From positions 410,062-474,061 of the forward strand of contig NMRA01000178.1 in assembly GCA_002633005.1 (NCBI GenBank): DNA of 64,000 bases. The letters run 5' to 3'. This DNA is from Phoronis australis. Lineage: Eukaryota > Animalia > Phoronida. A model generated the notes under the pieces. The model had not been told where the DNA came from. It was given only the letters and a program-made list of their open reading frames with translations, and searched no databases. A program made the position numbers and the translations under genes. Every line of letters starts with the position of its first letter. The stretch's first letter is position 1. Positions 26,048-39,052 of this stretch are shown here, piece by piece.

Positions 26048-27918
26048 TAGATGTAGCCCGAGGTACACCAAATTAATTTACCAATTTTAAAAGACTATAG
26101 TCAGGATGTTCTTGTGTTTGGGAACAACATAAATAAATTATGTAATCTACAACTCAGCACCTGTTATTTTATTCACTGTTCTGTTACACGGTGCGCAGTG
26201 GTAACTTAGATTTCATGTTTAGAAAAACGACTGTGTCTGATTTCTGACAACCAGACGGACACATTCTGAAGACGACAAATTATTTCAAGAGAAAAATCGT
26301 GTGAATTAAAGTGCAAATTCCGGGGTCATTGCTCATAAAATAAACATTTCAATGAGCCCTGTCACTTTTCTAAAAGTCCAAGCATCCAATAGTAGTTTCC
26401 AGTTGGCATTCAAACACTCCCATCAGTAACGGGAAATGTCCCCGTTGCGTTTGAAGTCATCAGCAGAGTGGTAGGCAGGTGAATCCTCTACATTTTACAT
26501 TGACGTCGGTCTAGAACATAAATGTAACAGGCGTCTACATCGAACAAGGAAAGAAAATCCGACAAATTCCTCCTCATTGAGTTTATAGACATGTCTGTAA
26601 TCCACTTGCACTCATTTGTGCAGTGCCATGGAACTTGGCTATTCCAACCAAATACAAAACATGTTCATTAAAAATTCGTTACCTAATATTATTTTTAAGG
26701 AAAGTACACCACTAGAGTCAATGTGAAACATTCATAGTCGAATAGCCGACTGTCGAAAAAAGTGTTGGGATGATATTACAACTCATTTTTCTTCACGGGT
26801 GAAGGACCCGAGAGGAGAGATCTACTTTACGTGACTTATCTATGATTTGGACAGGTATAACTCGCGAGGTCCTCAAGTGGATATACGTGAGGAGAAACAT
26901 CATTTATTTCATATTTCTTGTAAGTTTCACTGAGACGAGTAATCAAACTAAAATGTTGATTCAAAAGTCCGTAATTCGTGAAGATAAAAATTGTCCTGAT
27001 ATGATATATGTCTGAGCCTGTTGTAGATACACTAGTGAGGCTAGAGTCGGAATTGTGTAATTATTCCAACTTTCTCCAAACGTTTTCCACAGTACACGGA
27101 AAAAGCAAGTCCCATTAGAAACGAAATCCTATCATTTATCTAGATTTAGCTAAAGCTATAAAATCGATTAAAGCAAACGGACAAGTATTTACCATTAATC
27201 TAGTTGTTGAGTAAATCAAACGTGTGTTTTTTCAGAAAACGAAAACGAAATTGACAAATTAAGAAACAAACAGAAACTTAGTACCATTCATGTAGACTTG
27301 CGCTCAAGTTTACTCGCTCAACTTGTCGCACAGCTGGGTCACACCACCGGGTCACACGGCCGGATCACGCTGCCACGACTTGTCCACTGGATCAAGCGAA
27401 AACAGGGCAACTTCGCACATCACCGGTATCCAGCACATCCAGTTCATTTTCGTTAACATTATTACTGTGGCTGTCATAGGACCAATAGCCATGCTCACTT
27501 TGCAAGCCCTCTAGTGCCTCTTAAATATCTCACTGTACTGATGGCTAATGATAAACTGATGAAAACTGCTTTCGTCGTCACGCTCTCGATTTGAGTCTCT
27601 GGTCATGAAACAGGTGAATCGGCCTAAGCTTGTACCATAGATATAAAGACACTTCATCCTTGACTTAAACAAGTGTGTAGGCCACTGGGGAAGTACGCGT
27701 TACATAAAACGAAAGTCGTGCCACCGCATCACGTCCTCATTATCGTCAGCATATTTATGTCCAGAAACTAGGCGACACGTGCGTACGTGATATGCACAAT
27801 GTTAAGCTTTCAATGTTTAATTCTTAACCGATGTGATTTGGTGTTTAAAATATAACCATACTTACTGGATCTTGAATCGTTGCCGAATTTGCTGGCATTT
27901 CAAATCACAGGCAATGCG

Positions 27919-28077
27919 CCGTGGCGGATTTAGAGGGGGGCCAAGGGGGCCATGGCCCCCCTAAAATTCTCTCAGATTCCATGTGGCAGTTTTGGGGGGT
28001 GCGAATGTCTGACGGGCAAAATCCTGGCTTATACTCTGCCGTGGCCCCCCTAACTCAAAAACCTGGATCTGACCCTG
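27919..28077. mobile_element. hAT-like MITE copy 2
   Basis: gtggcggatttagaggggg...ctaaaattctctcagattccat...ctggatctgaccctg; closely similar to 4917-5085. Confidence 0.8.
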
Positions 28078-28591
28078 ATGGGTACATGCGCCATTTTTGA
28101 ATTCGCAAAGGGTTGTCCAATTCCCGCTTTGTTAATTTGTTGCCAGTTTCGATGTTCTTGTTAGCGCGTACAGGAAACCGATTCTTACCACGGTAGAGAA
28201 CATTATGAGATCGATATCATGAACTGAATTGGTTTAATTTATGTTTTGTTATTTGGCAGCTAAATACAGTACATCGGATCGAAATGCAATTTTAATCAGA
28301 TTAAAGAAAAACTGACGAACAGCCGTTAAAAACACATCAGAATCTGAGTCATGACACGCGCTTAGCGGTCAAGATAATATGAAAACAATCCCTTCACTGG
28401 GTTGACACGAAGAGTTAAATGACGCTTACGCCAGGTGCAAAATACAAAATCCTACGTTAAAATCCAATAACTTTTACGCGGCATATAAAGAACCTTTAAT
28501 GTAGCTGTCAGTCTATTGTTGGGCATTCAAGGTAAACCGAATTACGAATATTTATCCGAGTGCACGCGTGTACTGGAGGCATTCCGTGTAC

Positions 28592-31500
28592 ATGATGAAA
28601 ATGAGGAGCTGTTTGTTAGGAGCAATTGTAAGTAATTATACAGATAGTCTGCATAAAATGTTTACACTTAGGCACGTGCATTTATTGTCTTAATCTAATT
28701 GTAAATTACGTCTCAAATAATGAATGTACACATTTTGGTTTGGCTCATTTTTATTTGGAAAAACGTAAAACAAACTCTAGCGTATAGATTTATTAATTTA
28801 TTGAAAAATCAAATTCCAAGAATATGAATATGAAACTAGACACTGTTTTCCCTCGTTGTATTTTCATGGCTTATTCCTAAACATGTTTTAAAATGTGTTG
28901 ATATCAAGTAGTACAGTGAAATCATCACGGTTTGCCAGCGTTGTTGGAAACTCTTAGTATTGTGTTTGATCACAATTGACGCTAAACTTGACTATTTTTT
29001 CCTAGTAACCTGACTACTTATGAGAACTTTGGAAGAGTTCAAGTGGCATAGTGAGTTTAAGGCCTAATATACTTAATAGCTACCTGAATGTGATGCGTTA
29101 TAAATAACAGCCACCGTAACATGTCAACAGGTGTTGGTTGTCCTGCTCTTCGCGCATGCGTGTCAGGGAAGACGCCTCAACAACTGTAAGGTATGAATTG
29201 ACCTATCGTGTACGTCAAGTAAGGGTAACGGGTACTTTCATTGACGAGGATCGAATTTAGCAAATGCCTGTTTCAAATAGATACCTAAATGTATTCATAC
29301 CTATCGTTGGCCAAATGAGAGAACGTAATATAAAAATACGTGTGCAAATTAATTCTTGTTAGTTGCGTAAATTAATTATTAATAGCGTAAATTAATTGTT
29401 CGCGGCGTAAATTAACTTTTAACGTTGTAAAGTTATCATTTGCGGCGTGAATTAAAATTCATCCTGCTAATAATTAATTTACACCACTGACAAGCATTAA
29501 TTTACGCACGTGATTGACATGAGTAACGTTCACCCGTTTGACCAACTATATATGTAACACATACGTCGCCGTGTCACGTGACCCAGCAATAACACTGGTA
29601 CCAAGGAGTGTAGTAGTATAGGAGAGTTCACTTGTGAGTTCGCTGTTACCGCTACTACTAGCGCCGCCAATTGGTGAACAAGCAACTGTCAACCAGGAAG
29701 CGCCAAAACAATGGGGAAGGACGCATTTTGCAGTGCGATAAATTACATGAATTCATCCACGAAAACCCCAGACGTGTCATTTTTTAGGTTTCCTAATGAT
29801 CCAGAAAGGTAAGGATTATCATTTATTCAATAAAATGATACATTGGCTTTCATTTTGTGTGTTCTGTTCACGGTTGTTAGACAAGTCGATCACGGTCCCG
29901 TTGCCACTGTTCTGTTGTCTGCAGTGTAGGCTAGGCCTACTGTACAACCGGGCTGCCGGCGGAAGGACTATGATGAACGTACGATGTGATCGTCAGCTTT
30001 TTGGATACTTGCATTCCATCAATTCCAAATCAAAATGTTACCCGCGCAATCACAGAGACAATTTTAGGAAAACATACCCATGCCCATGATGGCCATGAGT
30101 AATATGACTGGTGACACAGTCATGGCACAATCACAGCCACAGGGCCTTTAAGTCCGTCATGAGTCAAGTTAGCGAATCTGTGGGTCTCGGTGAAAAGGTG
30201 AAAAATCCGAACATAATTTTAATGTGCCAGTTGGACCAATTAGTTAAGCAGTGCGTCATTGAAAACTTAATTCTATGTGTCAATGATGCGGGGGCGCGGC
30301 CCTGTTAAAATATCCGTGGATCAACATTTGAGTCCGAGTTTTTTTCAGTTGACACCAAAACGCTTTTGTCTCTATCACAATTACAGTACGACAGGAATTA
30401 TGTAGTGCAGTGTACTTTAGTGTACGCTTCCAGTCTTCTGTGAACCTAGTGAGTATGAGGTTTGTTCCTGAGTCTCTCAGTCATTGATTTCTGTTCAGGT
30501 GCAAGTGCTGGGAGCTGACCTTATGAATAGAGATGCAACCCATTTGTCCAAGAACCGCAAGTTATGCTCTCATCACTTCGTGGAGTCAATGTTCATGAAT
30601 GAAGAACAAGCTGGTATTGACTGCAGTGCCCGAACAATATTTGATGTCCCAAATCCACCAAAAATGAAGATGTCAGGGTCAAAAAGTTTTCCGGAAATTA
30701 TATTACAGCTCTGGAATAGGCTTTTTTGCATTTCTGATTATCGTCTCACAAAGCAAGTACTGGAACATCACGTGTAGAAAGGGCAATTAGTCCGCAAAAT
30801 CTGGTTTTCGTATTTTACTAAGGTTGATCAGATTGAAACATTTTATGAATGGTTAGCCTGTGATTTGGAGAGAGCCAAAGTGAAACTGATGGATCATTCA
30901 GAGTCTGAGTGGTGGGCTGAAATTTTATTAAACCCAAGCTATCCGTATCATTTTGCTTCTCGATGACAAACACTTCTGTGAGTAAATTAGTTTTCAGCTT
31001 TATTTATAACGCATTTCTTTGGCGAAAAGTGCTGTTGTTTGCTAGTGAATTAATAGAGAGTGACAGGGTTGGTCAGATTTTCTTGTTGTATTGGTTGGTG
31101 TATGTGTTGCCTGTTTTGTACGTTTTTGGAGATTGTGATTAATTTAAGGCTAGGTATCAGATATGATCTTGTGGTCTGGCTTTAACTTACCTGAAATATT
31201 TACTAATAGGAACAGTTGGTATATAAAATAAAATTTTGGTTTTATCATCCAAGTCTTTTTAATTCAATTTTGTATGAAGTTATGTGGGTAGTGAATATTT
31301 TGATTGCTGTTTAGTACCTCTTAATTTTTTGTCATGATATTTTGAACTTTGACTAGTTATGAGTGATGATATACTCAATGTTACTTCATTTTGTAAGTTG
31401 TGAGCTATTCTACAGATTAGCAAGTGACTTGTAACTGTTGGTGAGTGGGAGAGTGGGATTGAGCCCTATACTGGCATGTCTAAGAAATAATGGAATGTTC

Positions 31501-32935
31501 TAAAATTGTATTACGATTTTGTGGTAGTGATGAATTGCCTTGCTTTCTTCTTCTCACTTGTGTAACACCCACTGCACAAAACAATTGTCTGCATTGCCAG
31601 TAGACTCATGCATTGAATAGGGAACACATGCGAAATTGTTGGGTGGAGATGAAACCAGCAGTGAGCTGGGAGCAACATGTTTGTCAATGGTCAGGGGAGC
31701 AACCAAAATGTGTGACGATGGGAGGGGCTCAACACCCATGTGGCATACATACCCATTGGTTTTTACCTGTTTAGCACTCATCCCATGTAACCCCCCTGGG
31801 AGGGGGTCAACACCCATTTGGCGCCCATCTGCCGGTTTTTGCCTGGTACCCCCTTAGCTGGCACCTGGGGGGAATTCCCCTCTGAACCCCCAGAGGCAAT
31901 CATTCAAATAATGTAGTCCATGGGTATAAACTGTTATAAGGAACGATAATTGCCGTGTTAAGAACTCAAACATGAAACAAAACCATGACGAATTTTGAAG
32001 GGAGCTTCAAGAGAATAAAAACAAATACACTTTAATATTGATTAAAATACACATTTTCTTTCTCATTCTATTGCAAGTGGATGTTAGTTTATGTATTCTA
32101 ACCATTTTCAATCACACAATAATTTTATTGCACGTTGAATGTCATTAAAGTATGAATTTACTAGCGTTTACATTGTTCGGACTGCGCGCCAAACTAAGTG
32201 TTGATTATTCACCGCTTGGAGCGCTAGTGTTTCGACCAGTAACCATTGCGGCGAATGGTAAAATGGCGGAGTGAACTCTCCTATACTCGTACACTCCTTG
32301 CTGGTCCTGTTATTGTCCGGGAGTTAGCGATGAAATATGGATTAAAACTTGAATATGTGGTACAAATGTTTTAATCTACATGCGTTTTATACAGGTGAGT
32401 TTTACTAGCCGAAGTTGCTGTGAAAATACTTACCCAGCACAGCAACAGTGTCACTTATATAAAACGAGTAGTTTAACGTATATTTACATTAGAACGGTAA
32501 AACTTAGGGACATTTTTAAAATCTTGATGATAACAAAATGTTATGATGCGCACAAAAATGTTGTTCGCAATCATGTGACTGTATTTTTTCTTAATAAAAG
32601 ATACCGATGTAATTTCTACGAATATGAATTTGTTTGCATGAAACTAACAAAATCTGATCCTTAACTCTGTTAGCTACCAAGAATGTCTAGGATTTTCATT
32701 CCTAATTACTCTTAACTCCGCTCTCATAAACTAAGATGATATCATTCCTTGATGTTTGGTAATAGAGCTCACTGTCTAAAAGACCTTAAAAGAAATACAG
32801 ATTTTTCTAAATAATGGGTAAAAAAATACGCAGTCATGTGATCACGAACGTGTAGGAATTGTTTCGGTGAGCATAATAATGTTCCTCCTACACACACACA
32901 CACGCACACGCACACGCACACGCACACGCACACGC

Positions 32936-32981
<46 letters not shown>

Positions 32982-35868
32982 CGTATAGATCTGTCACGCA
33001 GTGCGACGTCTGCAAAACAGGTTTAATTTCTTCTTGCAGCCAGCGTGTCCTAGTGGTCGAACGTGCATTGACGGGGTTTGCGTAATCGCAGGTCAGTCTC
33101 TCTTTAACACATCTTCAGACCACATTAGTTCATCACTAGAGGAGCCGTATACAAGACTGTAAATGCGAGGGTAGTGCAAGAGACCAGGGCCTGTTTCTAG
33201 AGCAGTCTATAGCCAAAAGTTGATTTTTCGGTTTTTATGTTAAGCTTTTAGTCTGCTCACTTGGAGGATAACGATTTCTTTCTTTTGGATTGGAGTTACA
33301 GACAGAGATTTTTTTTACTTTCATCCTTAACCGTATTTCATGTAACAGGCTACGCCATCTGTTGACTGAGTTTAGACTAAAGTCAAAAACAATAGGCAAG
33401 CAGCCGTCAGGGTGCGTTGTTGCGCTTGCATGACACCAGTGACAATGACGAAGCGTTGTTAACAACTGGTGCATTGAGGTTGTTTGAATAGTGTTCCATT
33501 AAAATTGTGACTCTACCACTTCACCCTAGGCCATGCTTTCTAACTATATTTCTGTGACTTGTGTTTCGATATGAAATGAACATGTACCAGAATTGACAGC
33601 ATTCAGGCTGTGTCAAGATTTTATGCATGGTTGATATGTGCGTCAACGTTAACTACGTCAATGGGGGCGCACACTGGAAGTCAGACAAGAATGTCTTGTG
33701 CGATTGTGAGCAGCACCAGATATCTGACAACAGATCTATAGTTCATTGTCTTTTAACAACGGCTTGTTTTTATTTCAATTTAATCACTTTTTAATAATCA
33801 CAGGAGACCATAATGGCGCCGTCCGTTTTCTTGCCTTCAGGTCTCAGTGTTGGTTCTGAGGTGAACATTAAAACGAGCGCCAGAATGGAAACAGCGAGTT
33901 GAGCTGCAGTCCTCAAGTAAACTATAGCTCAGCGAAGTAAACCCCTCGAAGTTCGTTTTTCCATACGCGTGAGCTATGAACTGAACTAATTTTCATTCGA
34001 GGCGTTTACCTCTTTTCCTTTGCACTTGTCCCCAAATATACTTGTTGAAAGTCAATGAGATTTTTTCAGTTCAAAATCTTTTGTGTAAAACACCCACACC
34101 GCAAACTGTTTTGGGGCACCCCTGCTGCCCTTTTGTGATAAAAAGCAAAGGCTCGATGAAGATCAAAGATTCTTCTCAACCTGTAGTGCGCAGTTGGCTT
34201 CGTGCAAGCTGAAAATACTGTCAAGTTTCTGACTGTATAATAACTTGAAGTTCCTTAATTGGAAAGTCACTCCGTGAGTGGACTAGTCTGAGTAGGTCTC
34301 CCGCAAGAGCTGCATATGCGGACAATGAGATAACATTATAATTGGGTTGCTTTTACACAGCGAACACAAACTTGGAATTAAGGGTGGAAGATCATTCAGT
34401 ATTGTGATGAGGGGACCAATTTGAGAACATTTTGGGAGCGCCAGCCATCGTTGCTAAGTTACTTTGTGTCATTTCCATAACCAACCATGAGCTATGATTG
34501 ATCGGAGTCTTCTGAACTCTGATACGTAGATCCGAGCTATATCAATGTCATGAAATCGTGTCTTATGAAACCATGTAATGGGAAATGGCGAGTTACTCCT
34601 ATAATTCAACATTTCATCCTCGCCGTTGGCTATGGTAACAACGTGCAGTTAGACCGTAATGGCTACCAACTTGCACTACTAGAAATTACGTTTTAGAGGG
34701 TACGACATGTTTGGGGAAAGTTTTGAGGCATGCATTGTAAACAGGTGTAATGAATCTGGTTTACTTGAGCCTGTGAACCTGTCGTGGATGCGAAAATTCC
34801 ACTTGCTTGGCTATCATGGATTCACGTTCATTAAGATTGCGTCTCTCTGCAGTATTGTTACATTGCAGTGCAGTGGCGGAGAAATTTGCTGCGATTTCAG
34901 GTTGCACTCACAGACAGACAATCTGGAATTGAAAAAAGTTGACTGGTTGACAGGACTTTTGCATCGCATTTGTGGAATCTCATAAAATTTTGTTTCAATA
35001 CATTGTGCTTTCTCGTGTCCAAAATTACCTCCTTTTCTGAGCCTGGCATCTATTTCGGCGGAAGTGAAAGGGCAAAAAATGAGACAGAACAGGGATGCTG
35101 TGGTCTTGTGCAGCTCTCTAGACCCGGGGTGAATTGAATCACAAAATTTTCGACAGAATGGAAGAAAGGGCAATAAATCCGGTGACGTGTGCACCGCCCG
35201 TTGGTCAGGCAAAACACAATGAAAACTGAGCTGAGTTCCGTATACACACGACGTACCTTAGCTTCCAATCTCACGTCCGTGGCGGCCATTTTGTTTGGTT
35301 AGGCTACTAAGCTTCTGCGCATGCTCGCAAACTACTCCCCTTTCACTTGCATGATTTTTCGAGGTCTTGCGGAATCTTGCTTTTCTCGCAAAAACCTTGG
35401 TCTACAGAACGCTCTCCAGAACAGCACTTCCTAATTAATAACTTCACTGGTGGCAGGGGCTGTGTTACGCAGACGCAAGACTATCGGGAAAAACCAATAT
35501 CACGGAAATCCTCAATAGATATCGGTATGCATTACAAGTGAATCAAGTGATCACACTGGCTTTATTCGCAAGTGTCTTGCCTCTACGGCGCTGGTCGCAG
35601 GTTTCGCGTTTCTCTCGCCTGTTCTTGTGTGATGTCAATGTACATGTACTTGCATTTAACCGCAGATACCACTAACCAAGAGCTTGACACTGTTGAGAAA
35701 GACATGAATACCAACCAGTTGCTGTGCCAAAGCGGAGAAACGATGCAACTCGACACGAACGGCAACCCTGTCACCTGCTCCAGATACTTTCCGAACTGCC
35801 AAGAAGGGTATTACTGCCGAGCGGAATCTTCAACGGGAATATGTTGTTCGGTGACGATACCGGCCTAG
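28592..35868 (+). CDS. Small secreted cysteine-rich protein, ~116 aa: signal peptide + 4-Cys module + single Lustrin/WR1-type repeat (exons 28592-28627, 29131-29190, 33040-33091, 35666-35868)
   Basis: In-frame splice (phases 0,0,1): MMKMRSCLLGAI|VLVVLLFAHACQGRRLNNCK|PACPSGRTCIDGVCVIA|DTTNQELDTVEKDMNTNQLLCQSGETMQLDTNGNPVTCSRYFPNCQEGYYCRAESSTGICCSVTIPA*. Donors gtaagt, gtatga, gtcagt; catataaag at ~28482. Confidence 0.8.
29339..29510. repeat. Small fold-back element built from ~21-bp gcgtaaattaat units
   Basis: Tandem gcgtaaattaatt units followed by inverted attaatttacgcacg, complementary to the cgtgtgcaaattaat start. Confidence 0.65.
29602..32300 (+). mobile_element. Non-autonomous P-superfamily DNA transposon in intron 2 of the 116-aa gene
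   Basis: 31-bp TIRs caaggagtgtagtagtataggagagttcact (29/31 match to the reverse complement of 32270-32300). 7-bp TSD ctggtac/ctggtcc, subterminal inverted repeats (~29657-29687 / ~32200-32229), and THAP remnant near the left end. Confidence 0.85.
29711..30660 (+). pseudogene. Spliced THAP-domain transposase remnant (exons 29711-29808 and 30499-~30660)
   Basis: MGKDAFCSAINYMNSSTKTPDVSFFRFPNDPER|CKCW (frameshift) ADLMNRDATHLSKNRKLCSHHFVESMF...TIFDVPNPP. The second Zn-ligand Cys is Tyr and no catalytic domain follows. Confidence 0.85.
32890..32975. repeat. Compound microsatellite (CA)n/(CACACG)n
   Basis: Directly visible. Confidence 0.95.
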
Positions 35869-36059
35869 AGAGCGGGAAACTGAATTCAAAGGAATTGATC
35901 ACTGGATGCGACATATCCTTGAGTGGAATGATTCTATTACAACATCAGGGCTGTGTCCGTCATGTTGATAATTTATGTTTTTCTATATTGCTGAAATTAG
36001 TATGGCAGGTAGAGATTGTTTTCATCGGTCGCCGTCATTTCTGATTTTCCTTTTATGTC

Positions 36060-36340
36060 GAAGGATAATCCAAATGTTCAAGATGAGATCTCAAATACGT
36101 TGTTACAGTTTTCTAAAATATCATTTCGTTTTTGTTTCATGCAACTTTATTTTTTCCTACAAACCATAAAAGTCTTATTTTTGATAGTTCCTCATGCAAA
36201 AATGAAACATTTTAAAAAACAAGTCCTAACAATGTTTTGGAGAATAGAACACAAAGTATAATGTGTGAAAGTTTCATATGAATCCAATGATACAATTATT
36301 TAATATGATGTTCGACATCTCGGTAGTTAATCAAGTTTGG
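36060..36340. repeat. Interspersed repeat; inverted relative at ~52580-52830
   Basis: aatgttcaagatgagatctca..gttacagttttctaaaatatcatttcgtttttgtttcatg aligns to the reverse complement of 52760-52830. Confidence 0.6.
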
Positions 36341-37552
36341 AAGTTAGTTCAGGGTCTTACAAAACCTTCATTTTACACGCACAAAGCAAGGACCTTCTTG
36401 CGCCCAAGGCGTACAGTTTCAGTACACTGGTATATACGTTGAGGGCTGCGCCAGAATATATATTATCAAAATTCCGTAATTTTCAATTCTAATTCAATAT
36501 ATATGCTAGAATTATATAAATCAGTTGAAAATGTTTTTAAACTTTCCCGATAAGTAGGATCATTTGACATTTCGTCCTCAAACAATTGGCAACCATTGTT
36601 AAACATCAGTGAAATAGCAAGGGAACAAATCCAACTCCTGTGTCGCCAGTTTTTTAGATTATAGAAAACTTTCGTAAGGTTGAATAGTGGGCAAGATAAA
36701 GAGTCTGGACAAGCTCCTTTATATGTACTTCGGAAGCTTTGAACTCTGCTCTAGCTGTCAACTAATTAGATGCATTACGAGTCAAATTAATGTTCTATGA
36801 ACATTTGGGTTGTGTTTTCAAAATGCATTACAATAAATGTAAATGCCAAAACTTTCGTTGCTGTTGTTCAACGAACGATGCTCGTTCACCCTGACGTACT
36901 ATGCATTGTCACGTGCTACAGGCCAAACATCAGGATAGCGTTTAGGGGGCACACTACAGTTATTACAGGCTTTTGGCTGCCGACACACACTGAAGTAGAG
37001 ATGGACCCTTTCCTCACATGCTAATCGAGTGTCTGAAAAAAACAAAGGGTTTTGTAGCATTCCCAACTCACAATCATAACTCGTGATAACTGAAAATTAT
37101 TTACGCAACAAATTTTTAATCGGTTAATTCACATCGGAAAAAAATCTCGGCACACAAAAACATTACCAAAAAACACCAAATTCGACAGTTTTCTACCCAA
37201 AATTGCCACTTCCATGCAAGTGCTAGGAAAAATCCGACTACAGATTCAGAGTTCTCGCACTCTCTAAATTCTAAAATTGTGGTCATAGTATGCCCCTTAC
37301 CAGCTACTTTTTGGCAAATTTGATCTGTCTGACAGCCACCTGAAATCGCACCCGGTTTCTCGGACAGCAGGCGTCAGGAGTTGAAAGCAAACGACAGCCA
37401 ACATTTTGCATCAAAAGTAGGTCACGGCTAAAAAACTTGGTTTTTCTAATTCAAAAACAAACACAAGTAAATCAATTTCCTGGCATTTGTTTTCAACAAA
37501 TTCCTCGAAGAACCTGACATACGCCCTGTTCATGAATTCTAGGGACTAGAAA

Positions 37553-37592
37553 ATGCCCCGTGGCTGCAGCCTATGCCCCGTGGCTGCAGCCT
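37553..37592. repeat. Exact 20-bp tandem duplication
   Basis: atgccccgtggctgcagcct x2. Confidence 0.9.
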
Positions 37593-38115
37593 AACTGTTC
37601 AGTGCTACCTTATGTTTCCAAGGATGTACTGAATGAGTAAGACGCGTGGTATTTTAGACGTTCGTTTCTATAAGTTTTCGCTACCGAAATGCGAAACCGA
37701 GTCTTGAATATTTGATGTGTGCTTTTGTCGTCATGTGCTGCAATAACAACACCTAATGTGACACTATTTTAAAGCAGATACCAAGGTTATACGTTTAAAC
37801 AAAAAAATCTATAACAAATGCAAAATTTTATTCATAGTGACTGAATGCTCCTCGATGTGGATGCTCGGGGCCGTTGCCCACTCGCCACCCCCTCCCCCCT
37901 TCCGTACGCTGCTGCTTTCAAGATCGGGGATTCAACGGCATGGGTGAACCAGAAAGGAGAGAAGTTGAAAGACATCTTGAAATAGCACTTCTATAGTGAC
38001 GCACTTCCATATAGGGTTGTGTGCAAAGAAAGGCTCACTAGGATCGAGTGTGCCTCTGCCAACAACACTCACTTCCGTTGAACACATGCGCGATAGTGAG
38101 ACAGTGACGTTGTGA

Positions 38116-38250
38116 ATGAGAACGACCGTGGGGGTCGTGAGGGAGGAAGAATCGATCACTGTCACTATAGCGCCAAGATTCGTAATAATTGCGTTCTGTG
38201 GCATGATGTTGCAATTCTTTATCGTTTTCATGATAGTGCTCGTGGATACT
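38116..38250 (+). CDS. Candidate first exon of a small membrane/secreted protein
   Basis: MRTTVGVVREEESITVTIAPRFVIIAFCGMMLQFFIVFMIVLVDT followed by a gtaagt donor in phase 0. Downstream exon uncertain (candidate acceptor at 39208). Confidence 0.3.
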
Positions 38251-38549
38251 GTAAGTATTCGATTCATAGCACCTCTGTAGTGAGTTGCTAATCAGTTAAT
38301 TTACCTCTTTTTGAACTCAGAATAGATTGAAAGGAGGCAACACATCATTAGTTTGGGCGGAGCAATCGTTTTATAAGGGATCCATGTTAGGGTCTGAGCC
38401 GCAGTCCGTAAACGTTCGAAACTCATCGCGAGATGTCACCATGGCACTTGCAAACGAAGCACATGATCAGATCACGTTAGCTTTTCTCTTGAATGTCCTG
38501 CGTCTTCTCAACGCGACTCCGAGTACAGACAATGGTATGGGAAAGATTT

Positions 38550-39052
38550 CAACCTCATCCCCAAGCCTCCAGGTAGCGCTGATCGGCTTAGCAATTTGAA
38601 GCTTGGTTATGGGAAATATCTTCTACGCAATGATTGGCCGCTCTCTAGATGTCATTAATTAAGAGGCAGGTTTTAATTATTTTCACCGGCGTTGTTGCTG
38701 CCATTCATGAACCAAAAGGCATTGTTTTGGTATTTGTTTATAATGAAGGTTGTTGGCTTACTTATTTTCAATTCCTGTTTATTAATAGTATCATACAAAT
38801 TAATCTGTTTTGGAATCAAAATACACATTTTTTGCAATAATTTAGACCTAAATTGGTCCAACATACCGCAACATATCGTAAGCTTTCATTTTTATATTAT
38901 CTGCAGAAAATTTCAAAGTTGATGTAACTTTATATTACTCGTGATATTTCGGTGATTTCCGTAAAAATGTGTGAGACACCTTTTATTTCCCATAAACAAG
39001 GCACAAATGGCTAAACCGATCAGCGCTGTCTTGAGGCTTGGTTACGAGGCTG
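38550..39052. mobile_element. MITE family A copy 2 (no internal insert)
   Basis: TIRs caacctcatccccaagcctcc... / ...gaggcttggttacgaggctg. Flanks ggaaagattt / ggaaagtctt (8/10) suggest a 9-10 bp TSD as in MuDR. Confidence 0.85.

Noticed and set aside
32769-33085. CVCVCV / HTRTRT ORFs
   Set aside because: Translations of a microsatellite; only 33040-33091 (a different frame) is used as an exon.
37932-38275. Minus-strand open frames (111-aa ORF and a His-rich frame with possible splice sites)
   Set aside because: No recognisable features or partner exons; the + strand hydrophobic exon explains the region at least as well.
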